Source: Gammaproteobacteria bacterium (GTDB lineage Bacteria > Pseudomonadota > Gammaproteobacteria > UBA5335 > SLRW01). From it: a stretch of 64,000 nt of DNA. How positions within the stretch are numbered: the first letter of the stretch is position 1; the number at the start of each line of letters is the position of its first letter. The stretch is taken from positions 70,147 to 134,146 of the forward strand of contig DASQZJ010000012.1 in assembly GCA_035638775.1 (NCBI GenBank). The letters are read 5' to 3'. Position numbers and translations under genes: made by a program. The notes below the pieces were generated by a model. The model made no database searches. It saw nothing but the letters and a program-made list of their open reading frames with translations, and was not told where the DNA came from. Of this stretch, positions 33,143 to 44,174 are shown in pieces.

Positions 33143-33730
33143 ATGTCCCACGAACGTCGCATCATCCTCGCCTCGGGCTCGCCCTATCGCCGGCAGCTGC
33201 TGGAGCGGCTGGAACTGGCCTTCGAGGTGCATCCGGCCGATATCGACGAGTCGGGCCGTGCGGGCGAAAGCCCGGACGCACTGGTGCTGCGGCTTTCGTG
33301 TGCCAAGGCTGCGGCCGTTGCGGGAGCACATCCCGGCGCCCTGATCATCGGATCCGACCAGGTGGCCGAGATCGATGGGCGGGCGCTGGGCAAGCCGGGG
33401 GGGCACGAAGGGGCCCTGGACCAGCTCGCCCGCCTTTCCGGCAGGCGCGTGCGCTTCCTGACGGGCGTGTGCCTGCTGGATGCCCGCGGCGGCGACCGCG
33501 ACAGCTGCAGCGTCGCCACCGAGGTGGTCTTCCGCGAGCTCGCGCCGACCGAGATCGAGCGCTACGTGACGCGTGAGCGCCCCTACGACTGCGCCGGCAG
33601 CTTTCGCAGCGAGGCGCTCGGCATCAGCCTGTTCCGCGCCGTACACGGCGACGACCCCACCGCGCTGATGGGCCTGCCCCTGATCCGCCTGGCGGAGATG
33701 CTCCGCGCGCGGGGCGTGCGGGTTCCCTGA
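33143..33730 (+). CDS. maf: Maf-like nucleoside triphosphate pyrophosphatase (YceF type)
   Basis: Motifs ILASGSPYRRQLLERL, GSDQV and GKPGGHEGA are present. It is divergent from yceD, as in E. coli. Confidence 0.88.
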   Translation: MSHERRIILASGSPYRRQLLERLELAFEVHPADIDESGRAGESPDALVLRLSCAKAAAVAGAHPGALIIGSDQVAEIDGRALGKPGGHEGALDQLARLSGRRVRFLTGVCLLDARGGDRDSCSVATEVVFRELAPTEIERYVTRERPYDCAGSFRSEALGISLFRAVHGDDPTALMGLPLIRLAEMLRARGVRVP

Positions 33731-33748
33731 GCCGGCCGCACAGGCGTC

Positions 33749-34426
33749 CTATTCCATCGCCGGTCCGAGACCCGCCCGGCCGAGCCACGCGGGCAGGTCG
33801 CCCACGCCGGCCAGGCACACCAGCGGATCGCAGCGACGCAGCACGCTCTCCCCGTGCGCGCCGCTGCAGACCCCCACCGCGCCCACTCCCGCACTGCGCG
33901 CCATGCGCAGGTCGTGTTCGGAGTCGCCCACCATCAGGGCCGCGCCGGCGGGCGTTCCGGTGACCCCGAGGAGATGCTCCAGCATATCGGGATGCGGCTT
34001 GGACCTTCCCTCGTCCGCGCAGCGGGTCGCCCGGAAGCGGTGGCCGAGACCGGTACGCGCGAGCGCCCGATCGAGCCCCTGGCGGCTCTTGCCCGTCGCC
34101 ACGGCCAGGACGTAGCCGGACTCCGCCAGCCGCTCCAGGGCGCCTGCCACCCCCGGCAGGAGTTGGCTGTCGTCACCGCCGGCGTAGTACCGCCGGCGGT
34201 ACGCGCTGCCCAGGGCCTGCCGCAGCTCCGGCCCGTCCAGACCGGGAAACAGGCGGGCGGTCGCCTCCCGGATCCCGAGACCGATGATGTCACGGATCTC
34301 GCGTTCGGAACGCGGCGGCAGTCCGGCGTCCCGGATCGCCGCCTGCATGGCCGCGACGATGTGACCGATGGAGTCGATCAGCGTGCCGTCCCAGTCGAAT
34401 ACCAGCAGCCGCACGGAACCCCTCAC
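33749..34426 (-). CDS. HAD-IA family hydrolase (phosphoglycolate phosphatase-like)
   Basis: It has motif I LVFDWDGTLIDS and motif IV VGDSEHDLRMARSAG. It overlaps the rluC stop by 4 nt. Confidence 0.8.
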   Translation of the reverse strand: MRGSVRLLVFDWDGTLIDSIGHIVAAMQAAIRDAGLPPRSEREIRDIIGLGIREATARLFPGLDGPELRQALGSAYRRRYYAGGDDSQLLPGVAGALERLAESGYVLAVATGKSRQGLDRALARTGLGHRFRATRCADEGRSKPHPDMLEHLLGVTGTPAGAALMVGDSEHDLRMARSAGVGAVGVCSGAHGESVLRRCDPLVCLAGVGDLPAWLGRAGLGPAME

Positions 34427-35385
34427 GCGACTTCCTCCAGGCTCTCCAGGACCGCAGCGAGGTCCGGCGCCAGCGGCGCGGAGAAGTGCCAGTCCGGGCT
34501 CCCGGGAAGGACCAGTTCGTGCGCATGCAGGAACAGGCGCCGCAGACCGGCCGCGCGCAACCGCCGGTTAAAGCCCGGGTCGCCGTAGCGGCGGTCTCCG
34601 GCGAGCGGGTACCCCGCGTGCGCCGCGTGCACGCGGATCTGGTGCATGCGTCCCGTCTCCGGCCGTGCTTCCATCAGGGTCGCCGCTTCGCCGTCGAGCC
34701 GGTAGTCGGCAAGCGGCCGGAACCGCGTCGCCGCCGCCCGTCCGCCGTCGGCGACGCGCACGTGGCGTTCGCCCCGCACCCTCGCGGACTCGTCCAGGGC
34801 CGCGCGCACCACGCCCTCGCCGCCCGTCCAGTGCCCGCGCACCAGCAGCAGGTAGCCCTTGTCGCATTCCCCCGCCCGGAACGCCCGGTGCAAACTGGTG
34901 AGAACGTCGCGCCGCCGCGCCAGCACCAGGCACCCGCTGGTCTCCCGGTCGAGGCGATGCGCCAGCTCGAGGAAACTTTCCTCCGGCCGCAGCGCCCGCG
35001 TGATCTCGATCACGCCGAAGGGCGCTCCCGTGCCCCCGTGCACGGGAACCCCGGCCGGCTTGTCGAGCACCAGCAGGTCCCGGTCCTCATAGAGGATCCG
35101 GCCGGCAAGCAGGTCCGCCAGCTCCGGCGGCGGCGCGTCACTTCCGCGCAACCGCCGTCGCACGGGGGGTACGCGCACGGTATCGCCCTCGCGCAGGCGA
35201 TATCCCGCCGACACGCGCCCGCGGTTCACACGCACCTCTCCGCGCCGGACGATGCGGTAGACGTGCGCCCGCGGAACGCCCTTGAGCACGGACAGGAGGA
35301 AGTTGTCGATGCGCTGACCCGCCCGCTCCGGACCTACCCGAAGGTGGCTCACGCGGGACGGGTCCGGCTGCCGGTCTTGAGCCAT
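34423..35385 (-). CDS. rluC: 23S rRNA pseudouridine synthase (RluC type)
   Basis: Start moved to ATG 35385. It has an S4 domain (GQRIDNFLLSVLKGVPRAHVYRIVRRGEVRVN) and the catalytic motif HRLDRETSGCLVLA. It is divergent from rne. Confidence 0.88.
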   Translation of the reverse strand: MAQDRQPDPSRVSHLRVGPERAGQRIDNFLLSVLKGVPRAHVYRIVRRGEVRVNRGRVSAGYRLREGDTVRVPPVRRRLRGSDAPPPELADLLAGRILYEDRDLLVLDKPAGVPVHGGTGAPFGVIEITRALRPEESFLELAHRLDRETSGCLVLARRRDVLTSLHRAFRAGECDKGYLLLVRGHWTGGEGVVRAALDESARVRGERHVRVADGGRAAATRFRPLADYRLDGEAATLMEARPETGRMHQIRVHAAHAGYPLAGDRRYGDPGFNRRLRAAGLRRLFLHAHELVLPGSPDWHFSAPLAPDLAAVLESLEEVA

Positions 35386-35487
35386 GGAACCGTGTCGATC
35401 CTCGGAAGGAGGCGGTATCGAAGGCCGCCATTCTACACCAGCGCCGGCATTCGGCCGCATCCGTGCCCGCCACCCCATTTCGCTGAA

Positions 35488-35516
35488 TTGAAGCACTTAC
35501 GCAAGGTTGGTATATT
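35488..35516 (+). promoter_or_regulatory. Candidate sigma70 promoter of rne
   Basis: -35 TTGAAG (35488-35493), a 17-nt spacer and -10 TATATT (35511-35516). This implies a roughly 310-nt 5' UTR before ATG 35835. Confidence 0.5.
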
Positions 35517-35834
35517 CCTCTGGTACCGCAGTACGCGCCGATGTCGAACCGTTCCGGCGTAGGCGGTACGGCAAGTTTCGCTGCCGGCTGCCGGGATTCG
35601 GCAAGCCGACGGAACAAGTGAGGGGCGCTCGCCGGATACGGCCTGAGCGCCGGGTCAGTCAACCAGATACGTGCTCCCGCGCCATCCCCGGCCGTCGACC
35701 GTTTCTCGGCCCCGGTGGACACGCGAGCGGACCACCGGCCCGGTCGCCGCGCAAGCGGTGACTGGCGGTCGGCCTGTCCGGTCGGTCATGCTCCAGGTCG
35801 GTGTGGCGGCGGTAGAGCCCGAAGAGTTCAGAAC

Positions 35835-38642
<2,808 letters not shown>

Positions 38643-38662
38643 CCGGGGGCGCGCGGCACAGC

Positions 38663-38685
38663 CGGCCCGGCCACGCGCCGGGCCG
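38663..38685 (+). terminator. Candidate rne terminator hairpin
   Basis: The 9-bp GC stem CGGCCCGGC-CACGC-GCCGGGCCG is followed by CGTTT. It lies between convergent rne and the phosphatase gene. Confidence 0.4.
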
Positions 38686-38689
38686 CGTT

Positions 38690-39166
38690 TCAGAAGCCGT
38701 GCCGGCGGCGCAGATGCGTGATCAGTCCCTCGCTGGCCTCTTCCAGCAGGTCGAGGACCCGTTCGAATCCCGCCGAGCCGCCGTAGTACGGGTCGGGAAC
38801 CGACGCGAAGCCGGCTTCCGGCGCGAACTCCATGAGCAATCCCAGGTGCCCGCGCCAGCCCTCCGGGCACATCTCGCGCAGCACTTCCAGGTTCGAAGAA
38901 TCCATCGCAAGGAGGTAGTCGAAGCTACTGAAATCGCTTCGATTCACCTGGCGCGCCCGGAACGTCGCCAAGTCCAGACCCCGGCGCGCGGCGCTTTCCT
39001 GCATGCGAGGATCGGGAGGTTCCCCGACGTGGTAGGCCGCGGTACCGGCGGAATCGAATTCCAGCCGCGAGGAGAGCCCCTCGTGTTCGGCGAGGCGGCG
39101 CGCCACCCCTTCCGCGGACGGTGACCGGCAGATGTTGCCGAGACAGACGAACAGCACCCGGACCAT
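38690..39166 (-). CDS. Low-molecular-weight protein-tyrosine phosphatase
   Basis: It has the P-loop VCLGNICRSP (CX5R) and the Asp loop DPYYG. Confidence 0.9.
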   Translation of the reverse strand: MVRVLFVCLGNICRSPSAEGVARRLAEHEGLSSRLEFDSAGTAAYHVGEPPDPRMQESAARRGLDLATFRARQVNRSDFSSFDYLLAMDSSNLEVLREMCPEGWRGHLGLLMEFAPEAGFASVPDPYYGGSAGFERVLDLLEEASEGLITHLRRRHGF

Positions 39167-39178
39167 GTGGCGGCGCTC

Positions 39179-39946
39179 CTAGGCTTCCTCTTCTTCCCGG
39201 AGCAGCTGCTCCACCCGTTCCAGGTCGGCCTCGGTATCCACGCCGATGCCCGGCAGGGCCAGCGCATCGCCCACATGGATCCGCATGCCGTGCCACAGGG
39301 CGCGCAGCTGCTCCAGGCTCTCCTTACTCTCCAGGTCGCACGGGTCGAGCTGCGTATACCGCCGCAGCGCATGTACCCGGTAGGCATAGAGGCCGATATG
39401 GCGATACCAGATCCCGGGGGGCATGCCGGCATCGACCGAGAATCCTCCGTCCCGGTTCCAGGGAACCGGCGCGCGGCTGAAGTACAGGGCGAACTCCCGC
39501 GAGTCACGCACGACCTTGACCACGTCCGGATCGAGCAGCTCCTCGACCGTTCCCACCGGGGTGCACAGGGTGGCGATGTCGGCGCCTTCCGTGCCGGACA
39601 GGTTCTCCGCCACGCGCGCGACGTTCTCCGGCGGCATGGTCGGCTCGTCGCCCTGGAGATTGACCACGATGTCGGCGTCGTCCCAGCCGTATTTCTCGGC
39701 CACCTCCGCGATACGGTCCGAGCCGGAACGATGGCTCCGGGACGTCATGCACAGCTCGGCCCCGAAACCCGAGCCGGCTTCCATCACGGACCGGTGATCG
39801 GTGGCAATCACCACCTGATCGGCACCGCTCTCCACCGCCCTCTGGTACACGTGCCAGATCATCGGCCGCCCGATCAGCATACGCAGCGGTTTGCCCGGCA
39901 GCCGGGTGGCTCCATGCCGTGCCGGGATGACGACCCGGAATTTCAT
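39179..39946 (-). CDS. kdsB: 3-deoxy-manno-octulosonate cytidylyltransferase
   Basis: The N-terminus is [16 protein letters not shown]. It shares an ATGA overlap with the upstream trm112-like gene. Confidence 0.93.
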   Translation of the reverse strand: MKFRVVIPARHGATRLPGKPLRMLIGRPMIWHVYQRAVESGADQVVIATDHRSVMEAGSGFGAELCMTSRSHRSGSDRIAEVAEKYGWDDADIVVNLQGDEPTMPPENVARVAENLSGTEGADIATLCTPVGTVEELLDPDVVKVVRDSREFALYFSRAPVPWNRDGGFSVDAGMPPGIWYRHIGLYAYRVHALRRYTQLDPCDLESKESLEQLRALWHGMRIHVGDALALPGIGVDTEADLERVEQLLREEEEA

Positions 39947-40125
39947 TTCACTTCCTCGTCGGCCGCCAGTTCCCGCGCTTCGGACTCGAGCATCACCGGG
40001 ATGTCATCCCGGATCGGAAAGGCCAGGCGGTCCGCCTTGCAGACGAGCTCTCCTTCCTCCTTGCGATAGACCAGGGGCCCCTTGCACAGGGGACAGGCGA
40101 GGATGTCCAACAGCTTCTTGTCCAT
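39943..40125 (-). CDS. Trm112/YcaR family small zinc-ribbon protein
   Basis: Start moved to ATG 40125. The product is [46 protein letters not shown]. Confidence 0.85.
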   Translation of the reverse strand: MDKKLLDILACPLCKGPLVYRKEEGELVCKADRLAFPIRDDIPVMLESEARELAADEEVK

Positions 40126-40200
40126 GTATGGTCTCCAGCGACCGCCGCACACCGGCGGATGGAATTCGGGAGCAGGCCGGCGGCGCGTCGGGGCATCCCG

Positions 40201-41214
40201 TCACGCGCCGCGCCCTCCGGCCGGCGTCCGCGCCTGTTCGAGACGCTCGAGCAACGCGGCCTCGACTTCGGAACCCAGGATTGCCTCCACGGGGACGTAC
40301 CAGTGCTCCCCGCCAGCGAATCCCGTGCATTTTACCGCGTCCTTTTCGGTCATGACGACCACCCTGCCGTCGCTGAAGCGAACGTCGGCCGGGCGGTACG
40401 CGTAGTGATCCGGGAACGCATGCGGGATGACCTCCAGACCGGCTTCGGCAAGCTGATCGAAAAAGCGCTGCGGATTCCCGATCCCGGCCACCGCGTGCAC
40501 CGTCTCTCCCGCGAACGTCCGCAGCGGGCGCCGTGTATGCCCCGCCAGCGACACGGCGTCGCCCTGAACCAGCTGCATCCGGTGTCCGTGGGGTGGTGCC
40601 TGTCCGGGCCCGTTCACCAGCACGAAGTCGACCTCGCGCAGCCGCCGCAGGGGCTCGCGCAGGGGGCCCGCCGGAAGGCAGTGACCGTTGCCCCAGCCCC
40701 GCCGGCCGTCCACCACCACGAGCTCGATGTCGCGCGCCAGCGCATAGTGCTGAAGCCCGTCGTCGCAAAGCACGACATCCGGGCGCCGTGCGCCGTCCCC
40801 CAGCAGAAGGCGCACGTCCGCGGCCCGTTCCGGCCCCGCCACCACCGGACATCTGCACCGCCGTGCCAGCAGCACCGCCTCGTCACCGACTTCCGCCGGA
40901 TCGCTTTCCCCGGTCACCCGGCGTGGCCATTCCTCCGCCCCGCCGCGGTATCCCCGCACCACGATCCCGGGACGCCAGCCGTGCTCGGCCAGCAGTGCCG
41001 CCAGCCGGACCACCAGCGGCGACTTGCCCGTGCCGCCCACGGTGAGGTTGCCGACCACGACCACCGGCACCGGGAAGCGGTGCACGCGGAAAACGCCGCT
41101 CCGGTAGAGGGCACGGCGCACGCCGGCCACCCCCCGGAACAGGGCGCTCAGCGGCGACAGCGGCCAGGCCCGCCAGGCCGGTCCGTACCAAAGGGCATCG
41201 AGGAGACGGTGCAT
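40201..41214 (-). CDS. lpxK: Tetraacyldisaccharide 4'-kinase
   Basis: It has the P-loop VGNLTVGGTGKSPLV. It lies directly downstream of msbA. Confidence 0.92.
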   Translation of the reverse strand: MHRLLDALWYGPAWRAWPLSPLSALFRGVAGVRRALYRSGVFRVHRFPVPVVVVGNLTVGGTGKSPLVVRLAALLAEHGWRPGIVVRGYRGGAEEWPRRVTGESDPAEVGDEAVLLARRCRCPVVAGPERAADVRLLLGDGARRPDVVLCDDGLQHYALARDIELVVVDGRRGWGNGHCLPAGPLREPLRRLREVDFVLVNGPGQAPPHGHRMQLVQGDAVSLAGHTRRPLRTFAGETVHAVAGIGNPQRFFDQLAEAGLEVIPHAFPDHYAYRPADVRFSDGRVVVMTEKDAVKCTGFAGGEHWYVPVEAILGSEVEAALLERLEQARTPAGGRGA

Positions 41215-41221
41215 GCGCCTG

Positions 41222-43003
41222 CTACTGCCGGGTGGTCAGCCCCTGCGCCACCCCGGCATGCTCGAACTGCAGGCGGTGCAGCGTCGCGTAGTGGCCGCCG
41301 CGGGCGAGGAGCTCGGTGTGGCTTCCGGTCTCGACCACCTCGCCGTCGTGCATCACGACGATCGCGTCGGCATTTTCGATGGTGGACAGGCGGTGGGCGA
41401 TGACCAGGGTCGTGCGGCGGCTCATCAGCGTGTCCAGAGCCGCCTGGATATGCCGCTCGGACTCGGTGTCCAGCGCCGACGTGGCCTCGTCCAGGATCAG
41501 GATCGGCGCGTCCTTGAGCAGGGCCCTGGCGATGGCCAGGCGCTGGCGCTGGCCCCCGGAGAGGAGCACGCCGTTGTCGCCGATCTCGGTCTGAAGACCC
41601 TGCGGCAGGTGCCGGATGAAGGACCACGCGTGCGCCAGCTTGGCCGCCTCGATCACGCTCGACTCGTCCACTTCGCCCAGCATGCCGTAGGCGATGTTGC
41701 GGAAGATGGTGTCGTTGAACAGGGTCACGTCCTGGCTCACCAGCGAAATCTGGCTGCGCAGGTCCGCCAGGCGCAGCACATCGATCGCGATACCATCGAG
41801 GCTGATCCGGCCCCGCTGCGGCTCGTAGAACCGGGGCAGCAGGCTCACCAGGGTCGACTTGCCGCTCCCGGAGCGCCCCACGATGGCCACGGTCTGGCCC
41901 GGCCGGACCTTCAGGCTGACGTCCCGGAGCACCGGTCCCTTCTCCGGCTCGTAGGCGAACGTGACCCGGTCGTACTCGATCTCGCCGCGGGCCCGCTCCA
42001 GGCGCCGCGCGCCATGATCCGGCTCGGGGGGCCAGGAAAGCAGGTCGAAGATGCTCTCGGCCGCGGCGATGCCACGCTGGAGGGTGGCGTTGACGGTGGT
42101 GAGGTGGCGCAGCGGCTGCAGCAGGCCCAGCATCGCGCCAATGAAAGACGCGAACGTGCCGGGCGACATGGTGTCGAGCATGCTCGGCAGGGTCGCAACG
42201 TAGATCACACCGGCGACGCCCCAGGCGGCGATGAACTGCACCACCGGGTTGCTGGCCGCCCGCGTCGCGGCGAGGCGCATCTGCAGCTTGCGGTTCTTCT
42301 CGTTGACGCCCTCGAAGTGGTACGACTCGTAATCCCGTCCACCGAACATCTTGACCACCCGGTGGCCCTCGATCACTTCCTCAGTGACGTGGGTGACGTC
42401 CCCCATGGAGTCCTGAATCCTCCGGCTGTAGCGGCGGAAACGGGCGCTCACGTAGCGGATCAGCAGCGCCACGAAGGGTCCCACGAGCACCAGGAACAGC
42501 GTCAGGATCGGGCTCAGGTAGAACATCAGGCCCACCAGCCCCATGACCGTCAGGGTGTCCCGGATCATGATGGTGACCGCCTGGCTCGAGGACTCCGCCA
42601 CCTGTTCTACGTTGTAGGTCATCAGCGACAGCAGGTGGCCGGACGAGGTGCGGTCGTAGTTGCGCGCGGGCAGCACCAGCAGGTGCTCGAACACCTCGCG
42701 GCGCAGCTGCTTGATCACCCGGCGGGCCACGTCCGACATGCCGTACTGGGACACGAACCCGGAGGTCCCCCGGACCAGGAAGAGCACGATCACGGCCACC
42801 GGCATGATCGCGATCACGGTCGGATCCCGGTGCACGAAGCTGCCGTCCAGCAGGGGCTTCATCAGCCAGGCGAAGGTCGTATCCGATGCCGCGAAGAACG
42901 CCATGCCGACGGCCGCGATCAGGAACACCCGCATGTGCGGCCGGGTATACCTGAGCAGCTGCCAGTAGGCACTGGCCGGCTTGCCCTTGTCGCGCCTGCT
43001 CAT
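41222..43003 (-). CDS. msbA: Lipid A export ABC transporter (flippase) MsbA
   Basis: Start moved to ATG 43003 (MSRRDKGKPASAYWQLLRYTRPH). It has six TM segments, Walker [15 protein letters not shown], the signature LSGGQRQRLAIARALL and Walker B ILILDEATSALD. Confidence 0.92.
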   Translation of the reverse strand: MSRRDKGKPASAYWQLLRYTRPHMRVFLIAAVGMAFFAASDTTFAWLMKPLLDGSFVHRDPTVIAIMPVAVIVLFLVRGTSGFVSQYGMSDVARRVIKQLRREVFEHLLVLPARNYDRTSSGHLLSLMTYNVEQVAESSSQAVTIMIRDTLTVMGLVGLMFYLSPILTLFLVLVGPFVALLIRYVSARFRRYSRRIQDSMGDVTHVTEEVIEGHRVVKMFGGRDYESYHFEGVNEKNRKLQMRLAATRAASNPVVQFIAAWGVAGVIYVATLPSMLDTMSPGTFASFIGAMLGLLQPLRHLTTVNATLQRGIAAAESIFDLLSWPPEPDHGARRLERARGEIEYDRVTFAYEPEKGPVLRDVSLKVRPGQTVAIVGRSGSGKSTLVSLLPRFYEPQRGRISLDGIAIDVLRLADLRSQISLVSQDVTLFNDTIFRNIAYGMLGEVDESSVIEAAKLAHAWSFIRHLPQGLQTEIGDNGVLLSGGQRQRLAIARALLKDAPILILDEATSALDTESERHIQAALDTLMSRRTTLVIAHRLSTIENADAIVVMHDGEVVETGSHTELLARGGHYATLHRLQFEHAGVAQGLTTRQ

Positions 43004-43428
43004 GAGCCTCCGTTCGCGCCGCTGTTCGCGGTTTCGATCACGATGTTGTGGAAGCCCAGCGCCCCGGCCACATCGAGCACCGTCACCACGGACTGGTGGG
43101 TGGTGCGTGCATCGGCACGGATCGTCAGCGGCCGGTCGCGATCCCCCCCGGCGACCTTGCGCAGGGCGCGCCGGAGCGTGTCCTCGCGAGTATTCACCAG
43201 CTGGTGCCCGTCGACGTAGTAGCGGCCCTTGCGGTCCACCGTAACCACCAGGTGTCCGTTCTGCTGCGCCTGCGGCGTGCTGCTGGCCGTGGGCAGCTGG
43301 ATGTGGATGTTGGACATGTGCACGAAGCTGGTGGTCACCATGAAGAAGATCAGCAGCAGGAAGACCACGTCCACCAGGGAGGTGATGTTGATCTCCGGCT
43401 CCTCCGACTGGCGGGTGCGCATTCTCAC
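43000..43428 (-). CDS. exbD: ExbD/TolR family biopolymer transport protein
   Basis: It has a single TM with a conserved Asp (ITSLVDVVFLLLIFFMV). The start is either GTG 43428, which overlaps the exbB stop, or ATG 43422. Its stop overlaps the msbA ATG. Confidence 0.88.
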   Translation of the reverse strand: MRMRTRQSEEPEINITSLVDVVFLLLIFFMVTTSFVHMSNIHIQLPTASSTPQAQQNGHLVVTVDRKGRYYVDGHQLVNTREDTLRRALRKVAGGDRDRPLTIRADARTTHQSVVTVLDVAGALGFHNIVIETANSGANGGS

Positions 43429-44051
43429 CGCGAGGTTCCCCCGGACTCGGCCGGCCGGTAGATGGCTTCCATGAGCTTGATCGCCTCCGCCTCCATGACC
43501 ACGACCAGCTCCTCGACCTTGCCACGCAGGTAGCGGTACAGGAACAGCGTGGGGATCGCCACCAGCAGTCCGGCAGCGGTGGTGATCAGGGCCTCGGCGA
43601 TGCCTCCCGCCAGCGCCCCGGGGTCACCCACCCCGGTGTGCGTGATGGTGAAAAACACCCGGATCATGCCCAGGACCGTCCCCAGCAGGCCCAGCAACGG
43701 GCTGATCGAGGCGATGGTGCCGAGGGTGTTGAGGTAGCGCTCCAGCTCGTGCACCACGTGGCGCCCGGCGTCCTCGATGCTCTCCTTGACCGCCTCACGG
43801 TCGAGGTGGATGTTGGCGAGCCCGGCGGCCAGGATCTGTCCCAGTGCCGAATTCCGCCGCAGGGCATCGAGGTCCGCCCGCGTGAGCCCGCCTTCACGAT
43901 GGCGTTTCCACACTTCGCGCGCGAGTGCGGGCGGGGCGATCCGGGGACGGCGCAGGTACCAGAGGCGTTCCGCCGAGATCGCCAGAGCCAGCAGCGAGCA
44001 AAGGATGATCGGGGCCATCACCCAGCCCCCGGCTTCAATGATTTCGAGCAT
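43425..44051 (-). CDS. exbB: MotA/TolQ/ExbB family proton-channel protein
   Basis: It has three TM segments and the motif LGTIASISPLLGLLGTVLGMIRVF. Confidence 0.88.
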   Translation of the reverse strand: MLEIIEAGGWVMAPIILCSLLALAISAERLWYLRRPRIAPPALAREVWKRHREGGLTRADLDALRRNSALGQILAAGLANIHLDREAVKESIEDAGRHVVHELERYLNTLGTIASISPLLGLLGTVLGMIRVFFTITHTGVGDPGALAGGIAEALITTAAGLLVAIPTLFLYRYLRGKVEELVVVMEAEAIKLMEAIYRPAESGGTSR

Positions 44052-44174
44052 CTGAATGTCGGATTTCCGTACGGTCGGCGAGCCGCCGCCCTGGTTTGTT
44101 GTCCCCCGCGCCGAAACCGGCGCAGAGGCGCATGATACGCGATTTGCCGGTCTTCTCGAAGGCAGGGGCGGGTC

